From positions 625-64,624 of the IMG/VR virus record IMGVR_UViG_3300032282_002415: a DNA stretch of 64,000 bases, one strand, 5' to 3'. The notes under the pieces are model-generated. The model ran no database searches, had not been told where the DNA came from, and saw only the letters and a list, made by a program, of their open reading frames with translations. The position numbers were made by a program, and so were the translations under genes. The DNA is from a virus. Its lineage: Duplodnaviria > Caudoviricetes. This document shows, piece by piece, positions 45,951 to 54,695 of the stretch (within the stretch, counting starts at the first letter, position 1; each line of letters starts with the position of its first letter).

Positions 45951-46740
45951 AGCGAAACAAAGACATAAGACTTAGCGGAGTAGGTACTGCCTCTCCACAT
46001 GCCTCACAATCTTTAACCACCTCCCCAAGGCGTGGGCCTGGGTTCTTTTCTAAAATCTCATCTACAAGCTTTTCACGGTCTCCCATGCCTAGCTTTAATA
46101 CTGTTGACGCTCCCATAGAAGTGGTGCCGTTTACAGATACAACACATCCTGCTAAAAGTATGGTGTTCATTTCTGCGCTGGTCTTATCAATGTTTTCCAT
46201 CAGCTTGCGCTGTACATCTCCAGTTGGAAGAGTCACATTTACCAAGCCCGCTTTTACTTCTATAGTCCAATTACGGTCTTCAATTGGATTAGTAAGTTCT
46301 TTTACAAGCACATCTTTAGTTAAATCAATTTTTACATCTTGAGTAGAATTGCAACTTTGGCATACCGCTGTGTAGTCAATAATTTCGCCAAAAGTTACTT
46401 TTCTAATACCAATCATAATTGCATCACGGTCTGCAGATAATAAATCATCAAACGCGTCTCTAGTAACAGGTTCACCACCAATACTTGCTAGACCTTTTTG
46501 CAAAATAGTATTTAATGCTCTACCAATAGAACCAGACTTAGCAATTGCTTCTTCGTCTAATCCTGTTAGCTCTTTAACCTCTGCATATTTAGCCAGCGAA
46601 CCGCCTGGAGAGATATACCCTCCAGGCAAGTCCACATGGTTATTAGTTGGGGCTAAGGTCTTAATTTTTACTGGTTCTTCTTTTAGTGCTTCATTTATTG
46701 CAGCATTTACTAACTTTGGGTCAGTAGTTAATTCAGTCAC
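45946..46740 (-). CDS. baseplate hub / tail assembly chaperone (T4 gp26-like)
   Basis: VKELTG.DEE, DRD.I.IGIRK.TFG and two CxxC; between tube and tape measure. Confidence 0.75.
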   Translation of the reverse strand: MTELTTDPKLVNAAINEALKEEPVKIKTLAPTNNHVDLPGGYISPGGSLAKYAEVKELTGLDEEAIAKSGSIGRALNTILQKGLASIGGEPVTRDAFDDLLSADRDAIMIGIRKVTFGEIIDYTAVCQSCNSTQDVKIDLTKDVLVKELTNPIEDRNWTIEVKAGLVNVTLPTGDVQRKLMENIDKTSAEMNTILLAGCVVSVNGTTSMGASTVLKLGMGDREKLVDEILEKNPGPRLGEVVKDCEACGEAVPTPLSLMSLFRL

Positions 46741-46773
46741 GATTTATTCTCCTTTAATTAATACGAGTAGGGT

Positions 46774-47376
46774 TTAAATTCCGCCTTCAGATTTGGTTAA
46801 GTCTTTTCCATTTGCCATAAAGCCAACTGATAGTCCTTCGTGTACCAAAGTCATTTGTTCAAATAAAATGTTTTGGTCACCAGCATTTAAGTCGGAGTAT
46901 TGAAGTGTAGTAATCCATGCGTTATGGATGCGGAAGTGCATCTTGGCATAGGTTACTAAATCATCGGTATCTGCAATATTGGCAGGGTGGTCGATAACGT
47001 AAATATCTACATCGCAGCGGAAGTCTTTTCCATTTGCATCAGATAAAGCAACTCCTTCGCCAGTTGCCGCAGCAAATAGGCGACGCATCCACTTTAATCC
47101 TTGCTTATTTCCTACCAAAGTTCCACGCTGTAAAGTTACAGGAGAAAATGTAGTCATACCTGGAATTTGGTGAATAGTGGTGTTGTAGCCACCTTCACGA
47201 TATGGAATTGACTGAGTATTAATAGCAAGACCAGTAACACTGGTAAAGCCACCAATTACTGTGGTCAAATCAGTTACAGCGGTTCCTCCTTGTGATGTGC
47301 TAAAAACTACATAAAACTTAAAGTTACGTAGCGGGACTGTCGCAATTGACGAGAAACGGTCTATATTTGTTGCCTT
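46774..47376 (-). CDS. tail tube protein (T4 gp19-like); the expected start codon reads AAG
   Basis: PLRNFKF, GFTSVTGL, YREGG, PG...FSPVTLQRG and LVHEG; the frame is open to 47376 behind an AAGGAG SD. Confidence 0.88.
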   Translation of the reverse strand, partial: KATNIDRFSSIATVPLRNFKFYVVFSTSQGGTAVTDLTTVIGGFTSVTGLAINTQSIPYREGGYNTTIHQIPGMTTFSPVTLQRGTLVGNKQGLKWMRRLFAAATGEGVALSDANGKDFRCDVDIYVIDHPANIADTDDLVTYAKMHFRIHNAWITTLQYSDLNAGDQNILFEQMTLVHEGLSVGFMANGKDLTKSEGGI

Positions 47377-47388
47377 TTATTGGGCTCC

Positions 47389-48885
47389 TTACGCCACTGT
47401 GACGGTTGCGCCGCCATCGAACTGACCGATATTGATTACAATAAACTCAGCTGGACGCTGTAAAGCAACACCCACCTGAATATTTACTTGGCCTGATTCA
47501 ACAGTTGCCAATGTGTTATTGGTTTCATCACAAAGAACAAAAAATGCGTTCTCTGCAGATGCTCCACGAAGACCGCCTTCTGTCCAAAACTTAGTTAAGA
47601 AACCATTTAAAGTTGCGTTAATTCGGCGGTATAGAACTGAATCATTTGGTTCAAAGACAGCAAATTGAGTAAGTTCTACAAGAGCCTTTTCTAAATAGAT
47701 AAGACTGCGACGCACTGGAATGTACATATCTGAGTAGCCACCCTTAAGTGTGCGAGCACCCATAATAACAATTCCAGAACCTGGGATAAAGCGAATTGCG
47801 TTCACTGGCGCAGCAGATGAGTTCATAGCATCTAAGTTAGCGTTTGTTAATGAAGGCACTGATACAGCACCTGCTACACGAACACTTAAACCAGCTGGAG
47901 CTTTAAACACGCCACGTGATTTATCTGTAGATGCGTATTTTCCAACAATAGCTCCACCAGGGTTTGCATTTGCAATAACTGTTCCTGGAGTTGTATTAGT
48001 TGGGTCATTAATAGTAATAGCTGGGTAATAAACCGCGCCGTAAGAAGTAGCGTTGTAGCTTTCTGCTAGAGTAAGTTGTGCTGCTACAGTTGTAGCACCT
48101 GGGTCAACAACAACAAATACGTCACCACGACTTTCAGCATAATCAAGAAGTAGGTTTACTGCAGTGTCTGTAGTAACGCCTGGAGCATTAAGGATAAGTG
48201 ACTGAGGAACAACATCAAATGCTGTTACTGCAGTTGCAATATTAGTTGCTGTTGGAGTAGTTCCATCAGAGCCAGAAGCAAGTGATTGACCAGTTACAGT
48301 GTCTGGATTTTTTTCGGCGCCAGTAGAAGCAGCAGCTTCATCAATAGCAGTAATCCATTTAGACTGTGAGTTGATAACAGAAATTGCATAGCGGTTGTCT
48401 GTTGATGTCATTGTAAGATTTGGGAAAGTTTCAACCTTGTTACCAGCAGAAGTACCGCCATAGTAAACAATTAAATCAAAGTAGTCTGGGGCACCTGGAG
48501 AAACTTGAGTAGTAATAGCAATGTTGCTACCCCATGTTCCAACGTTAGCGGCTTGAATTGTCAATGTGTCGTTATCATCACCAGATGAGTCAACAAGAGT
48601 ACGAGTTGCCTTAGTAGGAGAGCCAGCAACTACGCGTTGAACGTATGCTTGACTTCCACCATTAGCAAAGAATAGGAATACAGCAAGAGCTAGAGTGTTA
48701 TTTGCACCCCAACCGCCATAATAGTTTAAGTACTCGCTCCATGAAGTAACGAGTGTAGGTGTAACAGGTCCACGGGCGTTAACGCCAATAAACGCTGCTA
48801 CGGATGTTGAATTTGCTCCAACAACAGGGGCTACTGGATTCAGGGATTCCTGAACGTAGACTCCTGGGCGTAGATATGCAGCCAT
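47389..48885 (-). CDS. contractile tail sheath protein
   Basis: RPGVYVQE, FFANGG, RGVFKAPAG, GARTL, VRR, FAVFEPND and PAEFI. Confidence 0.95.
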   Translation of the reverse strand: MAAYLRPGVYVQESLNPVAPVVGANSTSVAAFIGVNARGPVTPTLVTSWSEYLNYYGGWGANNTLALAVFLFFANGGSQAYVQRVVAGSPTKATRTLVDSSGDDNDTLTIQAANVGTWGSNIAITTQVSPGAPDYFDLIVYYGGTSAGNKVETFPNLTMTSTDNRYAISVINSQSKWITAIDEAAASTGAEKNPDTVTGQSLASGSDGTTPTATNIATAVTAFDVVPQSLILNAPGVTTDTAVNLLLDYAESRGDVFVVVDPGATTVAAQLTLAESYNATSYGAVYYPAITINDPTNTTPGTVIANANPGGAIVGKYASTDKSRGVFKAPAGLSVRVAGAVSVPSLTNANLDAMNSSAAPVNAIRFIPGSGIVIMGARTLKGGYSDMYIPVRRSLIYLEKALVELTQFAVFEPNDSVLYRRINATLNGFLTKFWTEGGLRGASAENAFFVLCDETNNTLATVESGQVNIQVGVALQRPAEFIVINIGQFDGGATVTVA

Positions 48886-48887
48886 TT

Positions 48888-49760
48888 TTAGTCTCCTTGA
48901 GTTAGGTATGCAACGGGTGTAAGACCATTTGGTATTTCATCTGTAATACGATTTATGTGAACGGTTTGTACGGCGGATAGGGCATTATCAGCATCCATAG
49001 GGGTCATTTCGCTGACAACTCTTATTGTGAAGACATTCCTGAATAGGCGTCTTCCATCCTCAATCATGTCTCGTTTTACGAAACCATCGAGAAACATATG
49101 CCGCTTTGCGGTCTCTGTACCAAGCTCATTTGGAACGTCTAAGTTTCCGTATTGGCTAGGAAACTTCTTTTGTAGAAGCTGGTGAATAATAGCGCGGTCA
49201 TGTCGTGGGTGACGGCTATACGAAGTTACTTGGTAAACTAAATCATAAGGAAGAGGAATTGAATACCGATAGGTAATTCCTTGAACTGGGGTTATAGTGC
49301 CCCGATTATCAGAGTCATACATCATTCCTGAGCTTTGACGTTCTAAAGCAGGTTTAACATCTATTAAATCTATTGTCATATATGGGTATGTCTGAGCCCG
49401 TAATTCAACATCTGGGAATCCAAACCAGACTTGAACATTTCTAAAAGCGCCAATTGTGGCAGAGCCATTTGCGGCAGAAGAAGCAACGTTTGCATGTGTC
49501 TTTGCGTATTTAAAAGTAGTAGTGCTAGGAACTGCAATAATTTGATAAGTTCCGTTAAAAATAGGGTCTATGCCAGAGACAGTTACATTCTGCCCCACAA
49601 CAAACCCATGTGCTCCTCTAGTAGTCAAAGTTATTCTATTAGAGGTTAGGGATTTTTTACTTACTACCTTTAATGGGTCAGTAAGAACTTTCTCATCAGT
49701 TACGGTAATACCTGCTAGCAAAGATTTGATTGCGGCGTCTTCCGCCAAAATAAAGGTCAT
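48888..49760 (-). CDS. tail terminator / completion protein with an inserted beta domain
   Basis: VWFGFPD, YPY.TIDL and L.YQVT; insertion TLTT..AHGF.VGQ.VTVSG...FNGTY.I. Confidence 0.65.
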   Translation of the reverse strand: MTFILAEDAAIKSLLAGITVTDEKVLTDPLKVVSKKSLTSNRITLTTRGAHGFVVGQNVTVSGIDPIFNGTYQIIAVPSTTTFKYAKTHANVASSAANGSATIGAFRNVQVWFGFPDVELRAQTYPYMTIDLIDVKPALERQSSGMMYDSDNRGTITPVQGITYRYSIPLPYDLVYQVTSYSRHPRHDRAIIHQLLQKKFPSQYGNLDVPNELGTETAKRHMFLDGFVKRDMIEDGRRLFRNVFTIRVVSEMTPMDADNALSAVQTVHINRITDEIPNGLTPVAYLTQGD

Positions 49761-50071
49761 GCAAACACCCCCATAGATAAAAGAGCATCTGCGTAAACAA
49801 GGTCAGAAAAGCTTGTTGTATGTGCTTTATCTAAAAAAGTACGGATAACTGAATTTGGGGCGGCAGTCTGAGTTCCGTATTCTAAGTTATCAACTTGAAG
49901 AGATATAGCCTCTGGGTAGTCCACGTATAGTTCGCCATCTTTTTCTTGGATAGACATCTGACTAACTAAGTATGGAGGCCAACCAGCTTCTAAGGCTTTT
50001 TCTTGAAATATAACTGTGTATTCATCCGCCGCTTTTTCAGCAGCTTTAGCAATAACAGATAAAAGATTCAT
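49757..50071 (-). CDS. putative neck / tail completion protein
   Basis: GWP...LEYGT motif, position in the head-tail region. Confidence 0.55.
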   Translation of the reverse strand: MNLLSVIAKAAEKAADEYTVIFQEKALEAGWPPYLVSQMSIQEKDGELYVDYPEAISLQVDNLEYGTQTAAPNSVIRTFLDKAHTTSFSDLVYADALLSMGVFA

Positions 50072-50157
50072 CGGCTTACTTCCTGCCGAGCTGTTGCTGA
50101 AATACCTAGTGCCATGCGAGCAGAAGTAACTGCTTGAGCATTTGATTTAAAAATCAT
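50068..50157 (-). CDS. possible 29-aa peptide
   Basis: GGAG SD, MIFKSNAQ..., ATGA overlap with the next gene. Confidence 0.4.
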   Translation of the reverse strand: MIFKSNAQAVTSARMALGISATARQEVSR

Positions 50158-50239
50158 GGCAGGCTCCAATGGAGTGTGGCAAGGTATAACGCAGGGGTAC
50201 TACTGTGATTCCCGCATGGAATCTCTATAAGGATAAAGC

Positions 50240-50262
50240 AAAAGGCCCCCTTTCGGGGGCCT
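50240..50262 (-). terminator. intrinsic terminator
   Basis: aggccccc-tttc-gggggcct stem, T-run on the - strand. Confidence 0.75.
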
Positions 50263-50267
50263 AAGCG

Positions 50268-50477
50268 TTACTTCTTTTTAATCTTCTTAGCTAATGCTTT
50301 ATCTTTCTTTTCATCTTCTTTACGAGACATAGGCTTCTTGTCCATCTTAGCGTCAGCTTTACCAAAAGCTGCTTTCTGCTTTGAGCTCATGCCAGCCATT
50401 GCTTTAGCGTCTTGCTTTTCATCAGATTTTTTCTTTTTCATAGGTCCTTTTTTACCACATCCGCAGGTTGCGCACAT
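50268..50477 (-). CDS. Lys-rich small protein with an MCATCGC N-terminus
   Basis: ORF track. Confidence 0.65.
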   Translation of the reverse strand: MCATCGCGKKGPMKKKKSDEKQDAKAMAGMSSKQKAAFGKADAKMDKKPMSRKEDEKKDKALAKKIKKK

Positions 50478-50621
50478 TTACTTGCCTTTCGACTTGGGGG
50501 ATTTCTTCTTAAGTTTAGCAGGTAGCTTTTTCCCTTTAGGGGTCTTATCTTCCCATTCTTTAGCCATCTCTGGATGTTGGGAATACATAAATTGCCGCTG
50601 AGCTTGGGACTTAAAAGGCAT
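50478..50621 (-). CDS. Lys-rich small protein (47 aa, not in the ORF track)
   Basis: MPFKSQAQRQFMYSQHPEMAKEWEDKTPKGKKLP, TAATG coupling. Confidence 0.75.
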   Translation of the reverse strand: MPFKSQAQRQFMYSQHPEMAKEWEDKTPKGKKLPAKLKKKSPKSKGK

Positions 50622-51217
50622 TAAGGAGTTCCACCGTCTAGGAGGGTTCCAGGAATACCGTTAACTACGCTGTAGTCAGGAGTAATTGGATTGCTGATTG
50701 GAGGAATTCCGTCAATTGCTGTCAGGAACTGCCAATCGTTAACCATTTCTTCTGGGCTAACTTGCGTACAGTCAACTACTACTAATGTAAAGCGTTCAGC
50801 AATAATACCTCTTTGCTGTACATAATATGGGCGGTAAACTTGGTTCTTCCATACAAGGCGACCACGGTTTTCAAGGTCTAAGTTATTAATTACATTAGGG
50901 TCAATATTATCAATATCGCGGGAATTGATAGTTAAGTGAAGAGTGTCAGTATTGTAGAAACCACGGTCAGATTGAGGAACTTGGCCTTGAGTAATTATCG
51001 CCCGAATAATAGGTAGCTTAAATGGGCCTCGCCAAGAACGCCCGTACTCTTCATTACCAGTGTCATAGATGGGGTCTTTAGTAGAGTTTTCTGGGTCAAA
51101 TATATACCAATCAACCATAGTTCCAACAGGATTTTTTAAATCTTTATCGTAACCGTCTTGAACTAAGTCTGTTTCAAAGTCTGCACTAAAACGACCACCA
51201 GGAGTATATGAGCGCAT
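50621..51217 (-). CDS. putative head-tail adaptor / neck protein
   Basis: AGGAGG SD; DPIYD.G...GR.W and RGFY..DTL; position. Confidence 0.55.
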   Translation of the reverse strand: MRSYTPGGRFSADFETDLVQDGYDKDLKNPVGTMVDWYIFDPENSTKDPIYDTGNEEYGRSWRGPFKLPIIRAIITQGQVPQSDRGFYNTDTLHLTINSRDIDNIDPNVINNLDLENRGRLVWKNQVYRPYYVQQRGIIAERFTLVVVDCTQVSPEEMVNDWQFLTAIDGIPPISNPITPDYSVVNGIPGTLLDGGTP

Positions 51218-51226
51218 CGTTACCTC

Positions 51227-52708
51227 CTAGAAGTAAGGGTGTGTAAAGGTAATGGTTTGAGAACCACCACCGTTGTTGTAAGAACGAACATCAATTGTAA
51301 CTGTGTATGATTGACCACCAATCATATTAACTAAGTTTCCAGGCCAACTTCCTGTATAAGTTCCATAGTTATATGGATATGGGTAGTTAGTAGCGCTACC
51401 AGTAAATTGGTAAGCATCAATATAATTTCCAGACCAAGAAAGGGTACCTGTACTTGAACCAGTTCTTGTATAAGTTAAATTAGAAATAGTTGCGTACAGT
51501 AGTGGAGGAGAAACGTTTGGAGTTACGGCAAATGTTCCCGAACCTGAACTCTCTCCATTAGCATTTGTAGCTGTAACTCTAAATGTATAAGCAGTATCTG
51601 CGGCAAAACTTCCTGTCACTGTTTTTGTTCCAGCAGAAGTAGCGGTATAGCTTAAAGCTATAGAAGGACTTGAAGTAATTGTGTACCCAGTAATTGTAGA
51701 GCCACCATCTGGGGGGGCGGTAATGTTTATAGATACACTTGTACTACTAAGCACGGTGGGTGTGGGACTAATAGTTGGGTTTTGAGGCGCGGTAGTAGCA
51801 AAGACTGCACCAAATGAACCTGAATCTGGGCCCGTGCCAATTGCGTTAGTAGCTTTTACTGTAAAGCTGTAGTAGGTACTAGAAGATAGTCCAGTAACCG
51901 TAATTGGAGAAGAAGACCCAGTAGCGACGTGGTTTCCGCTAGAAGTAACTGTGTAACTTGTAATAGGTGACCCGTTTGATGCAGGGGCTGAAAAAGTGAC
52001 GCTCGCTGCTCCATTATTAAAACCTCTACCAGATGGAGTATTAGTAGCGGAGCCTGCACCTGGAGCACCAGGAACAGATGCAAATGTTACTGAGTTAGAT
52101 GCGCTAGAGGCAGCCGAAACACCGTTTGCATTTGTGGCAGTAACAGAAAATGTGTAAGAAGAACCGCCACCAAAAGCGCCAGTTACTGTAATTGGACTAG
52201 AAGAACCTGTAGCACTAAATCCGCCAGTATTAGATGTAACTGTGTAACTTGTAATAGGCGAACCACCCGTTTGGTTTGATGTAAACGCTACAGAAGCAGA
52301 AGTGCTATTTATAGATGCAGCAGTTCCAATAGTTGGTGCTTGTGGCTTTGTACTTGCTGTAACAGCAGCAGAGGGCAGTGAAGAGCTAGATGTACCAAGA
52401 GCATTAGTAGCAGTAACGGTATAAGTGTAAGAAGTTCCAGAAGTAAGGCCTGTAACAACTACAGGACTAGCTGAACCTGTTGCGGTTATTCCTCCAGGAA
52501 AAGATGTAACTGTGTAACTTGTAATAGGCGAACCACCATTTGAAGCAGGGGCTGAAAATGCCACCGAAGCCGAGGGTGCAGAGCCGTAATTTGTTCCAAT
52601 TACATTTGTGGCAACCACATTAGTAGGTTCTCCTGAAATAATTATTGAAGTTCTACCAGCTAAAAAGTTTTCATAAGCGACACCATTACCAAAGCGCAAA
52701 ATAGTCAT
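51227..52708 (-). CDS. fibronectin type III repeat virion protein
   Basis: About four FN3 units (AP..NGGSPITSYTVT...YTFTVTATN..G.S). Confidence 0.88.
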   Translation of the reverse strand: MTILRFGNGVAYENFLAGRTSIIISGEPTNVVATNVIGTNYGSAPSASVAFSAPASNGGSPITSYTVTSFPGGITATGSASPVVVTGLTSGTSYTYTVTATNALGTSSSSLPSAAVTASTKPQAPTIGTAASINSTSASVAFTSNQTGGSPITSYTVTSNTGGFSATGSSSPITVTGAFGGGSSYTFSVTATNANGVSAASSASNSVTFASVPGAPGAGSATNTPSGRGFNNGAASVTFSAPASNGSPITSYTVTSSGNHVATGSSSPITVTGLSSSTYYSFTVKATNAIGTGPDSGSFGAVFATTAPQNPTISPTPTVLSSTSVSINITAPPDGGSTITGYTITSSPSIALSYTATSAGTKTVTGSFAADTAYTFRVTATNANGESSGSGTFAVTPNVSPPLLYATISNLTYTRTGSSTGTLSWSGNYIDAYQFTGSATNYPYPYNYGTYTGSWPGNLVNMIGGQSYTVTIDVRSYNNGGGSQTITFTHPYF

Positions 52709-52710
52709 GG

Positions 52711-53049
52711 CTACACCGCTGTCGGGGTTATGCTGTTAGAGGCGGCACTTGAGGCAGAGAAGCCAATTGTGTTACTGCCCTTAACTGTAAATGTATAAGC
52801 AGTGTTATAGTTAAGACCAGTAACTACAATAGGGGAAGAGGAACCTGTAGCAGTTATTGCGCCAGGATTTGATGTAACAGTAAATGAAGTTGCTAAAGCA
52901 CCTGGGTCAGTAAACGCCACAGAAACAGTTTGAGTAGTTCCCACTTTTGTGGCTATGACATTCGTAGGGATTTCAGGCTCCTGTTGAGAAGTCCTACCAG
53001 CTAGAAAACTACCCCCACGGCTACGATTACTAAACCGTAGGACTGTCAT
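52711..53049 (-). CDS. single-FN3 virion protein
   Basis: One FN3 unit; N-terminus shared with 51227-52708. Confidence 0.8.
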   Translation of the reverse strand: MTVLRFSNRSRGGSFLAGRTSQQEPEIPTNVIATKVGTTQTVSVAFTDPGALATSFTVTSNPGAITATGSSSPIVVTGLNYNTAYTFTVKGSNTIGFSASSAASNSITPTAV

Positions 53050-53381
53050 TAGGAGATTTCACTTCCAAAAGCAGTCATAGAAATTGAAGATGCGGCTGAG
53101 GCATACCCCTGAATTTTATCTCCAGTAGCAAGAGTCAAACCTAAAGTAAGAGCGGTTGAGTCATTAGCACCGATAGTCACGTCGTAGGCAATATAAGATT
53201 TGGCGCCTACAGTATCTCCGCTTTTAATAACAGCAAGACGGTAGGTACGAGCACTAGCATTTGCGTTACAAATAACGATGGTAGATACAACGGCTGAAGT
53301 ATCAGCGGGTACGGTGTAAATAGACTCTAGAGTGGTCGCGGCATTAGCCAGCTGACCTAAAACTTTATACGCGGTTGCCAT
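53049..53381 (-). CDS. small beta-sandwich virion protein
   Basis: YTVPA...VSTIVICN...FGSEIS; paralog of 63194-63529. Confidence 0.7.
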   Translation of the reverse strand: MATAYKVLGQLANAATTLESIYTVPADTSAVVSTIVICNANASARTYRLAVIKSGDTVGAKSYIAYDVTIGANDSTALTLGLTLATGDKIQGYASAASSISMTAFGSEIS

Positions 53382-53441
53382 AGAACTCCTTATGGATTGT
53401 TACTAAATTATGCCTTATAAATGAGCCCTTGTAGGGGTATA

Positions 53442-54695
53442 TTAGTTAAAACACTCAGGGTGTCTGATTACTAGCGCCTTATTGACCCATACTTGGTCTT
53501 CAATATTCCAGCCCCATTCGTATGAGGTGTCCACAAGGGCAAAGCCGCTGTCAAGCATAAACTGAGTAATCTTCTCAGTAGTAACGTGTTCATCGTGTAC
53601 AGGGGTCCTTTCAGTCTCTAAGTGGAATAGGCGAACATCTTTGAGCCTATCTCCAAAACCTTGTAGGACTTGCCAGCTGTACCCTTCGGTATCTACCTTG
53701 ATAACATCTATCTTATCGTTAAGCCCCAAATTTGATAAGAGGGTATCCATACGAATAGATGGCACCGTTACCTTCTGTATTTTATCCGCATAGTACTCTG
53801 GGGCGGGGCTGACGGATTTATCTTTATTAAAGACAGAGGAAGTACCAGAAGCCTCTTTATCCTTGCCATTAACAATATGAAATTCAGTTTGTCCGTTTTC
53901 ATGGGTAATAGCACTGTAGATAGAGGTCATCCAAGGGTACTTAGTACGAGTAACTGAAATAGCGGAAGCATTAGCGTCAATAGCAATTACCTTAGTACTG
54001 TTTAATTTCTTATAAAGGTAATACGCATCATCACCATCTCTGGTACCAATGTCAATAATTACTGGGGCATCACTATCAAAGTGCTTGCGGAAGTTAAGTA
54101 CTACGGGTTCTAGTGGGTCGATGTACTCTCTGGTCTCAAATAACTTTAAGTTATTGATAATGGCAACTCTATATCCGTGCGCAATATCTTTCTTTAACAG
54201 CTCTTGGAATATTTCCCAAGACTCATCTTTGCGCCCTACCCACCAACCAGTAACGGCTTTCTCAAAATTCAAGGCGTACTCGCCTGGGTAGTCCACCCAG
54301 ATAGGAAGTGGGGTGGCTTTAATTTTTGTATACATCAAGCCTGTCTCAGAGAATGTATAGGCCTCTTGCCAACGCTTTGCTCGCTCACAGTATCGGGCCA
54401 AAAGGAACCACGCCTCTGGTCGAGCAGGAAGGTGCGCGACAGCCTTTAAGAATAAGTTATGTACAGTGCTTTCGCGGTTCTTTTGATGTTCAAAGCATTG
54501 CGCAGATTTAAGCAAAGACGCGTATACATATTCGGGGTGAGTATAAAACCCATATTCAGCTGTGCGTAGGTAGAAAGAAACAGCAGCGGCTGTCTGGCCC
54601 ACTTTTTCATACTCAACAGCAATGTTAAAGCTAAGCACTGGATTAAAGGGGTCTTTAGATAGTTCAATGATTAGGTCGTCAATAGCCTTAAACAT
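53442..54695 (-). CDS. TPR-like domain fused to an FkbM-family methyltransferase
   Basis: N-terminal helical repeats (A.SFYLR.AE, P.RPEAW); IIDIG..DG and IKVDTEG. Confidence 0.8.
   Translation of the reverse strand: MFKAIDDLIIELSKDPFNPVLSFNIAVEYEKVGQTAAAVSFYLRTAEYGFYTHPEYVYASLLKSAQCFEHQKNRESTVHNLFLKAVAHLPARPEAWFLLARYCERAKRWQEAYTFSETGLMYTKIKATPLPIWVDYPGEYALNFEKAVTGWWVGRKDESWEIFQELLKKDIAHGYRVAIINNLKLFETREYIDPLEPVVLNFRKHFDSDAPVIIDIGTRDGDDAYYLYKKLNSTKVIAIDANASAISVTRTKYPWMTSIYSAITHENGQTEFHIVNGKDKEASGTSSVFNKDKSVSPAPEYYADKIQKVTVPSIRMDTLLSNLGLNDKIDVIKVDTEGYSWQVLQGFGDRLKDVRLFHLETERTPVHDEHVTTEKITQFMLDSGFALVDTSYEWGWNIEDQVWVNKALVIRHPECFN

Noticed and set aside
45809-46342. 177-aa + strand ORF
   Set aside because: It is antisense to the tail chaperone and its +1 extension.
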